A stretch of DNA of 44,665 nt from Candidatus Levyibacteriota bacterium (GTDB lineage Bacteria; Patescibacteriota; Microgenomatia; Levybacterales; UBA12049): assembly GCA_016204465.1 (NCBI GenBank), contig JACQKQ010000034.1, positions 1-44,665 on the forward strand, in the 5' to 3' direction. A program made the translations under genes and the position numbers. Positions 38,459 through 44,665 of the stretch are shown here, piece after piece; position 1 is the first letter of the stretch; each line of letters begins with the position of its first letter. The notes under the pieces were generated by a model. The model was not told the DNA's origin. It searched no databases and was given only the letters and a program-made list of their open reading frames with translations.

Positions 38459-38896
38459 TTAGACTACAATCCGAATTGTTCGAATGATGAAAATCAACGA
38501 TAGTACAGCAACTGTAAGGGTGGTGATGGAAATAATCCTAGATACAAGGGGTAGCTCTTTATAAAATAAGAGGGACAAAAAAGGATTAATTAAAAGAACT
38601 ATTGCAGCAATGGAGACAGGAATACCAAGCTGTATTTTCGTGCCAAGCCGTGCTTCTCCCCATGAGAGTTGGTTAAATAGCGGAAGTACAGGAGGAAGCT
38701 TTTGGTAAAAAACGATAACAAGGAATACGCAAATCATAATTGCGATAAAGGACAAAAGAATGCTAAACAGCAGGATTTTATCTGCTGTAAATTTACCTCG
38801 CGCCGCAATGTCCTGTTGGTCGGAACGTAGGTTAACCAATTTGCGCAAAAAGAAAAACCCAAATTGTGTGCGAGGTTTACTAATTAATCCGCTCAT
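38459..38896 (-). CDS. Hypothetical three-TM membrane protein (DUF1648-like)
   Basis: LPPVLPLF...WG motif and three TM segments. Confidence 0.6.
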   Translation of the reverse strand: MSGLISKPRTQFGFFFLRKLVNLRSDQQDIAARGKFTADKILLFSILLSFIAIMICVFLVIVFYQKLPPVLPLFNQLSWGEARLGTKIQLGIPVSIAAIVLLINPFLSLLFYKELPLVSRIISITTLTVAVLSLIFIIRTIRIVV

Positions 38897-40364
38897 AGAC
38901 TATTGCGTCTTTAATAATAATTTTTTCCCGATAATGCGCGGTTTTTGGGAATAGCGGATCTTTAGAAATAACTACGATAAACCGTGGTTTTATCCTGTCA
39001 AGCTCCGTTTGTACTTCAAGCATAGACCCTTTTGATGCGTTTATGTGATATACAACTGTATATTTTGTGGGAGGCGCTTTTTCAACGAGTTTATAAAGCT
39101 GTGCGTTGTTGCCCCAAACGAAAATAGTATCGTTTGAGAGGAGGTGGTTTTTTAAATAGTGCGAAAGTTCATAGTCGCGGGGCGTATTTCTATCAAAAAA
39201 AGCCTGATAGGTTGTTACAGTACTTTTATGTGTTAAAAAGGAGAGAAAATTTTGGTAATAAAGAAACGTTTTGATGTAGACTCTGAAATTTATTCCAATA
39301 AAAAATAGCGAAGCAATAGCGCCCATTGTGGCAGCGTTTCGCAAAAACCGTTCTCTATATAAAGTTACATTTTTTTCTGTAACACGCTCAAACGAAATAA
39401 GTCCCACAAGTAAAACAATGCTTGGTAAAAGAACAAGTAGGTAATGCGTGTAAGGCCGCTGGGCAAAAAAGGCATTAAAGAGAGAAAATGCAAACCATGT
39501 TAGGATAAAAAGAGAACTCTGCGAAAGCAGCTTTCTATATAAGAAAACTATAAGCAAAAATATTGCAAGCAGGAGCAGTTTTAGTATAAGGAAACCTTGC
39601 GGAATAAAAAATGTATTTCCATAACCTACGTACCCTACATTTTGCTTAAACGCAGCGCTAAAAAATTCATCAAGCGCATTCTGCGTAAGAAAAAAAAGTA
39701 TTGTCAGTAATATTGGAGAAATGAATGCGATAATAAAAGGGAAAGCTTTTGAAACAAGTAGACGAAGTTTTGCAAGTGAAGTATAGCTTGATATAGCCAA
39801 GAAAAAAAGAAACGCCGCAAAATCAAATATCCCGACAATTTTGAAAAGGAAAGCAATGCTTAGCGATGCGCCGGCGGCTAAGAGAAGCATGGGTTCTGCT
39901 TTGGGAGTTGTTTTAACAACAAGATATCCTGCAAGAAGAATAAAAAACAACATAAAATTTTCCGAATTTGCAATGTTGCCCTCTAAGAGTGGTAAGCCAA
40001 AAAAAACTGCATACACCCCTGTTGTAAAAAACACTGTTTTCGTGTGGGTAAAAAGACGTTTAGCTAGCAGAAAGAAAAGAAATACGCTCAAAAGACCAGT
40101 AAGAAGCGATGCAAATCTAACTCCGAATTGGTCGGATGAAAAAAACGCATACACCGCATAAAGAAGCGGGGTTTTATTGTCCCAAGTTTGCGCATAAAGT
40201 ATTTTACCCTCGCGCATAGCCATGCCTACTGCTTGGTAAATTCCTTCATCACCATACCATATTGGCTCAAAAAGGGAAGGAAGACGAAGCAAGAAGAAGA
40301 GAAACGCAATAAAGATAAGAAACCAGCTTGATTTGCTTTTTTCAATCCGGGCCAGGATTTTCAT
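38880..40364 (-). CDS. GT-C (ArnT/PMT-like) membrane glycosyltransferase
   Basis: EPIWYGDEGIY, LY...WDNKTP, NSENFM and YTHY motifs. Confidence 0.8.
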   Translation of the reverse strand: MKILARIEKSKSSWFLIFIAFLFFLLRLPSLFEPIWYGDEGIYQAVGMAMREGKILYAQTWDNKTPLLYAVYAFFSSDQFGVRFASLLTGLLSVFLFFLLAKRLFTHTKTVFFTTGVYAVFFGLPLLEGNIANSENFMLFFILLAGYLVVKTTPKAEPMLLLAAGASLSIAFLFKIVGIFDFAAFLFFLAISSYTSLAKLRLLVSKAFPFIIAFISPILLTILFFLTQNALDEFFSAAFKQNVGYVGYGNTFFIPQGFLILKLLLLAIFLLIVFLYRKLLSQSSLFILTWFAFSLFNAFFAQRPYTHYLLVLLPSIVLLVGLISFERVTEKNVTLYRERFLRNAATMGAIASLFFIGINFRVYIKTFLYYQNFLSFLTHKSTVTTYQAFFDRNTPRDYELSHYLKNHLLSNDTIFVWGNNAQLYKLVEKAPPTKYTVVYHINASKGSMLEVQTELDRIKPRFIVVISKDPLFPKTAHYREKIIIKDAIVYERIN

Positions 40365-40365
40365 A

Positions 40366-40410
40366 GTTCGATTTCACTCGCTATGACCCTGAGTCTATCG
40401 AACGGGTCAT
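40366..40410. repeat. REP-like double hairpin filling the intergenic gap
   Basis: Nested inverted repeats ttcgat..actc / gagt..atcgaa and atgaccc / gggtcat. Shares 13/15 nt with the reverse complement of the insert at ~3083-3097. Confidence 0.55.
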
Positions 40411-41897
40411 ATCTTTTCTGTAGTTTTATATTCAATGCGTTTTCCAAGCATAAGTTGAGTATGAGAAAAAATTGCAGGAAGGGTTGTTAGAAAAAAGCCA
40501 ACAACTGGCAGGAGTACAAATTCAAGGGGGAAAAGAAATTTTCGCATTGGTGATTGTGCTTGTTTAGGATTATTGCGAAAGTCAATAACAATCATTACAA
40601 CAATAGCAAAAAGACAGAGAGTAAGTATAAATCCGGCAAGCCGCGGAAGATTATAGCCAATAGTAGTTCGTGAAAATGCTGGATTGACAAATGGCATAAT
40701 GTTTGCCCCAATAGTAATAATAAACCAATTTACCGGCCAGAGAAAGTGATCAAGTAGCACATTATACAGTATAACAGTTTTTCTAACAAAGGGGACACCG
40801 GGGATAGTGAGCCACCACTTAATAAACAGCGGGTCGTCTGATGCTCCCCACGACCAGCGCTGCTCTTGTTGGTACTTATTCTTAAGACTTTTGAAATATC
40901 CAGACGACATGGGTGCATCCATTGAAGTGCGAAGAAATATCGGGTCAACCCATACGTTGCCTTTGAGGGCAAAGAAGGCCTTAAAGAAAATGCGGTAATC
41001 TTCTGGGATAACATCGGTATCCCAAAATCCGATTTGTTTGAGTAACTTAAACGAAAGCGTATAGGTTGAATTTGAAATAAGCCTGTCTTTTTGTACAAGC
41101 ACGCCCGTTCGCCAAAGGCTGCCAAAAAAAGAAATAACGCGGATAGGAGCTGGAACTCGCCAAAAATTGTTGTAATAAACGGTTGCTGATTGCCAGAATT
41201 TATTATATCTTTTTGGATCTTTTAAAAACTCATACGTAAGATATGCGAAGTATTGTTTATCGAAAATTGAATCAGCGTCAACAGATGATACAGTTGTGTA
41301 GTCAACAGTAATTATTTTCTTTTTAATAAGCTCTTCATCAGCCACACGCGCTGCGTATGCTTGGTTTGATGATTTGCCGCGTATCTCGTTTGGACTGTCG
41401 GGATGGTATGTGGCAAATATGCGGCCAAATACGCCCTTAAACTCTTTTATCAGGATGCTTGCTTTTTCCTCGGCTGCTTTTTCCCTCTGCTCCATTGCTA
41501 AGACAACATAGATCCGTTTTCTTGGAAACGTTTGCTCTGCAAGTGCCTGGAGAGTTAAGCGAAGTTTATGCACACCTTCGGTGTAGTTGGGTATGATAAC
41601 AATATGCGCAACTTTATAAAAATGTGAAAGCTTGTCAACTTTTGTAAGCCAATCCAAATTCTGCGCCTGGGCGATTTTTCTTGAAGCAATAAAAGCGGTG
41701 AAGGTAAGGGAAAACGACCGGTAAAGCCAATATACATCAAAAAAGAGGATAAAATACGCCATAATATACGGGATAAAAAATGATCCCCAGATAGGAGAAA
41801 GAATTAATGTCCATGAGACAACGCCTGGCAAGAGCTCAAGAGAGCGACGAGTTTTGATCGGATAGCGGGTGAATATGGTTTGGAAAAAGGTTGTCAT
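40407..41897 (-). CDS. Glycosyltransferase family 2 (processive, multi-TM)
   Basis: IIPNYTE, GKSSN, VDADS, IPED and QEQRW (QxxRW) motifs. Confidence 0.85.
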   Translation of the reverse strand: MTTFFQTIFTRYPIKTRRSLELLPGVVSWTLILSPIWGSFFIPYIMAYFILFFDVYWLYRSFSLTFTAFIASRKIAQAQNLDWLTKVDKLSHFYKVAHIVIIPNYTEGVHKLRLTLQALAEQTFPRKRIYVVLAMEQREKAAEEKASILIKEFKGVFGRIFATYHPDSPNEIRGKSSNQAYAARVADEELIKKKIITVDYTTVSSVDADSIFDKQYFAYLTYEFLKDPKRYNKFWQSATVYYNNFWRVPAPIRVISFFGSLWRTGVLVQKDRLISNSTYTLSFKLLKQIGFWDTDVIPEDYRIFFKAFFALKGNVWVDPIFLRTSMDAPMSSGYFKSLKNKYQQEQRWSWGASDDPLFIKWWLTIPGVPFVRKTVILYNVLLDHFLWPVNWFIITIGANIMPFVNPAFSRTTIGYNLPRLAGFILTLCLFAIVVMIVIDFRNNPKQAQSPMRKFLFPLEFVLLPVVGFFLTTLPAIFSHTQLMLGKRIEYKTTEKI

Positions 41898-42694
41898 AGA
41901 TTGAAAAGAGTCCGAACATTTTCTGTGGTTTGGTTGTCCACCTGGTTTAATTTGACGGCCTTAATTTGGGCAATTGCCTTTCCCACAAGTATAGCATACT
42001 GCGGTTCGTTTCGGCTACCTCGGTGAGGAGTAGGGGTAAGGTATGGACTGTCGGTCTCAATCACTATCCGATCAAGCGGTGTTGCTTTAACTAGATTGGG
42101 TAAAGAAGTATCTTCGCCAGGCGCTAAGCCAGGATAGGTTATGTTTCCGTCAAAACCGATATAAAAACCCATCCGTAAAGCAGATTGCAAAATATCTATA
42201 TTACCTGCAAAGCAGTGGAACATGCCAGGAGGGTTCAGAAGTTCATTCTTGTGATGTGTCAAAATCTCGAGAATCTGCTTTCCTGCGTGGCGGTTGTGGA
42301 TTTGGAGGGGTAGTTTGAGCTTGTGCGCGAGCATAATTTGCGCTTCAAACAGCTCTTGTTGCGCTTTTGGATCGGTAATGCCGTTTGATTGGTAGCGGTA
42401 GTTATCCAAACCAATCTCACCGATGGCTACTACTTTTGGTTGTTTGGCCAGCCGCTCAATTTGCGAAAGCCAGTCCGAACCAAGTTCAACTTTATCCGCA
42501 TGATGCGGATGCACGCCGACTATTGCGTATAAATTGTCGTATTTTTGCGCAAGCTCAACTGCTTTTTGGCTTGAATCAATTTTCGTGCCAACGTTAATAA
42601 TCGTTGTTACGCCGGCATCAGCAGCTCTTTTGATCACCTCATCATAATCATTCGAAAAGGCCTTAAAATTCAAATGACAATGCATGTCAATCAC
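41894..42694 (-). CDS. tatD: TatD family DNase
   Basis: DMHCHL, GVHPH, AIGEIGLD, HCF and ETDSPYL motifs. Confidence 0.95.
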   Translation of the reverse strand: MIDMHCHLNFKAFSNDYDEVIKRAADAGVTTIINVGTKIDSSQKAVELAQKYDNLYAIVGVHPHHADKVELGSDWLSQIERLAKQPKVVAIGEIGLDNYRYQSNGITDPKAQQELFEAQIMLAHKLKLPLQIHNRHAGKQILEILTHHKNELLNPPGMFHCFAGNIDILQSALRMGFYIGFDGNITYPGLAPGEDTSLPNLVKATPLDRIVIETDSPYLTPTPHRGSRNEPQYAILVGKAIAQIKAVKLNQVDNQTTENVRTLFNL

Positions 42695-42738
42695 AGTCCT
42701 ATTATATCAATATATCTAACTGATATAATAATGACACT

Positions 42739-43167
42739 ATGAAGATAAGGAAAGCTATCGTGTCAGATTATAAACAGGTGATACAGCTTTATAACGATTT
42801 TGTTGGAGAAAATAGGTATTCAAAATTCGATAATGACTCGTTTAAAAAAGTGCTACAAAGCCCAAGCAACCATATTTTTGTTGCAGAAGAAGGAAAAAAA
42901 ATAATAGGCTTTGCAAGTTTTTCTGTTCGAATGGTAGTACGCTATTCCAAGCCAATTGCAGAACTTGATGAGTTATATGTTGTACCAGAATATAGAAAAA
43001 CAGGCGTGGGTAGAAAACTAATGGAGGCAGTTCTCAAAACTGCAAATGAACTGGACTGTCACAGATTGTTTGTCGAATCACAATATAAGCACATAATCGC
43101 ACATAAGTTTTACGAGATATTAGGATTTAAAAATTACGGCTACCACTTTATAAAGGATTTGTCTTAA
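42739..43167 (+). CDS. GNAT family N-acetyltransferase
   Basis: LYVVPEYRKTGVGRKLM and AHKFYEILGF motifs. Confidence 0.88.
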   Translation: MKIRKAIVSDYKQVIQLYNDFVGENRYSKFDNDSFKKVLQSPSNHIFVAEEGKKIIGFASFSVRMVVRYSKPIAELDELYVVPEYRKTGVGRKLMEAVLKTANELDCHRLFVESQYKHIIAHKFYEILGFKNYGYHFIKDLS

Positions 43168-44621
43168 ATTCGAGGAAACAGGGGTTTTTGGGAGACGATT
43201 TTTGCACCTCTGAATTGCTCCTCGATTTTTTTTGCTGTTTCGGGAAGAAATGGTTCTAAAAGCGCTGCGATTTCTTGGATTTGGTCAACGCAGTGGGCTA
43301 AAATAGACTTTAGTCTTTGGTCGTTTGTCTTTAGCAAAACCCACGGCTTTTCGTCGTTAATAAATTTATCAAGCAGGGCTATTTTTTTCCACACAACGGA
43401 AGTCGCGTCGTTAAAACGAAATTCGGAGAATGCCTGCGAATACTCTTCGGCATGAATTAAATGCACCGATTCCTTTGAGGCCGAGATCATTTGTTCAAAC
43501 TTTGCTGTCTCACACAGTTTTGCCACGCGTGAAACCAAATTCCCCAGTCCATTTGCCAAATCCGCATTGTACGCCTCTTTAAGTTTTTCTTCGGAAAAAT
43601 CACCATCGGCAAACGGCGAAATTTTTGCCAGACAATAGTAGCGCAGCGCATCAGCTCCGTATTTGTTCACAATTTCGATTGGATCAATCACATTACCTAA
43701 AGTTTTGGACATTTTTTGCCCATTTACGGTGAAGTATTCGTGGACAAAGAGTTTTTTAGGAAGCGCTAGTCCTGCAGAAAGCAGAATCGCCGGCCAGTAA
43801 ATTGCATGGAAACGGATAATTCCTTTGCCGATTACATGTAAATCTGCCGGCCACCATTTTTTATATGATTCAATGTCATTCTGCTCTGCAGAACCAAAGC
43901 CTATTCCGCTTTGATAAATGTTTAAGGCATCAAACCAGACATAGATTCGTTGTGTTGGATCATTTGGAACAGGAACTCCCCAGTTTTTCGCCCTAGTGTT
44001 ACTTCGCGAAATGCTAAAATCCTGCAAGCCTGATTTTATAAAAGATAGAATTTCATTTTTTCGAAATTCAGGGACGATTTCATATTCGTTAGATTCAATA
44101 ATTTTGATCAGATCATTTTGGTATTTGGAGAGTTTGAAAAAGTAGTTTTCTTCTTCGACTTCTTCAAGCTTTTTCCCTGGGTGTTCAAAGCACTCGCCGT
44201 TTTCGTTGAGCTCACTTTTCGTGTAGAACGCTTCGCAACCAACGCAATAAAGGCCTTTGTAGGTTTTCTTGTAAATATCTCCTGTTTTCTCGCAGAGTTG
44301 CCACAGTTTTTGGGAAGACGCATGATGTTTGGGGTCACTGCCTTTTTGAAATACATCAAACTCGACATTTAGTTTTTTTGCTAACGCTTCAAACAATTTT
44401 GCGTTTTCATCAACAAATGCTTGTACAGGTTTGCCTTCTTGCTCTGCAGCTTGGACGTTTTTAAGCGCGTTTTCATCCGAACCACACAAATAGAAAACAT
44501 TATCGCCTGTGATTTTTCGAAATCTTACGATTGTGTCTGCCTGGATAAATTCCAATGCATGGCCAATATGCGGCTTTGCATTCACATACGGAATTGCACT
44601 GGTTAAATAGAATTTTCCCAT
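43164..44621 (-). CDS. metG: Methionine--tRNA ligase
   Basis: PYVNAKPHIGH (HIGH), YVWFDAL and KMSKTLGN motifs. Confidence 0.97.
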   Translation of the reverse strand: MGKFYLTSAIPYVNAKPHIGHALEFIQADTIVRFRKITGDNVFYLCGSDENALKNVQAAEQEGKPVQAFVDENAKLFEALAKKLNVEFDVFQKGSDPKHHASSQKLWQLCEKTGDIYKKTYKGLYCVGCEAFYTKSELNENGECFEHPGKKLEEVEEENYFFKLSKYQNDLIKIIESNEYEIVPEFRKNEILSFIKSGLQDFSISRSNTRAKNWGVPVPNDPTQRIYVWFDALNIYQSGIGFGSAEQNDIESYKKWWPADLHVIGKGIIRFHAIYWPAILLSAGLALPKKLFVHEYFTVNGQKMSKTLGNVIDPIEIVNKYGADALRYYCLAKISPFADGDFSEEKLKEAYNADLANGLGNLVSRVAKLCETAKFEQMISASKESVHLIHAEEYSQAFSEFRFNDATSVVWKKIALLDKFINDEKPWVLLKTNDQRLKSILAHCVDQIQEIAALLEPFLPETAKKIEEQFRGAKIVSQKPLFPRI

Positions 44622-44665
44622 GCGTGAATTGTATCAGGAATAAAGGTTCTGAACAAGGATTATGC

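Overview
Chromosomal window from a small-genome bacterium. Gene content and style suggest Patescibacteria/CPR, probably Microgenomates (inference). It uses the standard code 11 (TAA, TAG and TGA all act as stops). Bases 1-4700 are an accessory island of co-oriented cargo: a Fic protein, a repeat-fused PD-(D/E)XK nuclease, a FISUMP-domain gene with one internal TAG, a cytidine deaminase, a BrnT/BrnA-like toxin-antitoxin pair and an IS200 stub. These genes are separated by a family of related ~45-50 bp att-like sites. Two of the sites continue on the minus strand into homologous ~45-codon peptide 'tails', which suggests tandem cassette accretion by a recombinase whose C-terminus crosses the att site. 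The rest is core genome: a Ni-superoxide dismutase locus (sodN/sodX) beside a CopC-cupredoxin fusion, lepA, murJ, rpsT, pilN/pilO-like genes, surface-glycosylation genes, LCP, tpiA, pcrA, a FemABX protein, groES/groEL with a CIRCE-like site, ubiA- and wecA-like genes, tatD and metG. Many core genes carry in-frame 7-bp tandem repeat tracts. There are also three copies of a ~100-130 bp heptamer-ended foldback element and several short GC-rich hairpins, mostly nested in such tracts. Many promoters sit 6-9 nt from the start codon, implying leaderless mRNAs. No rRNA, tRNA or CRISPR array was recognised.
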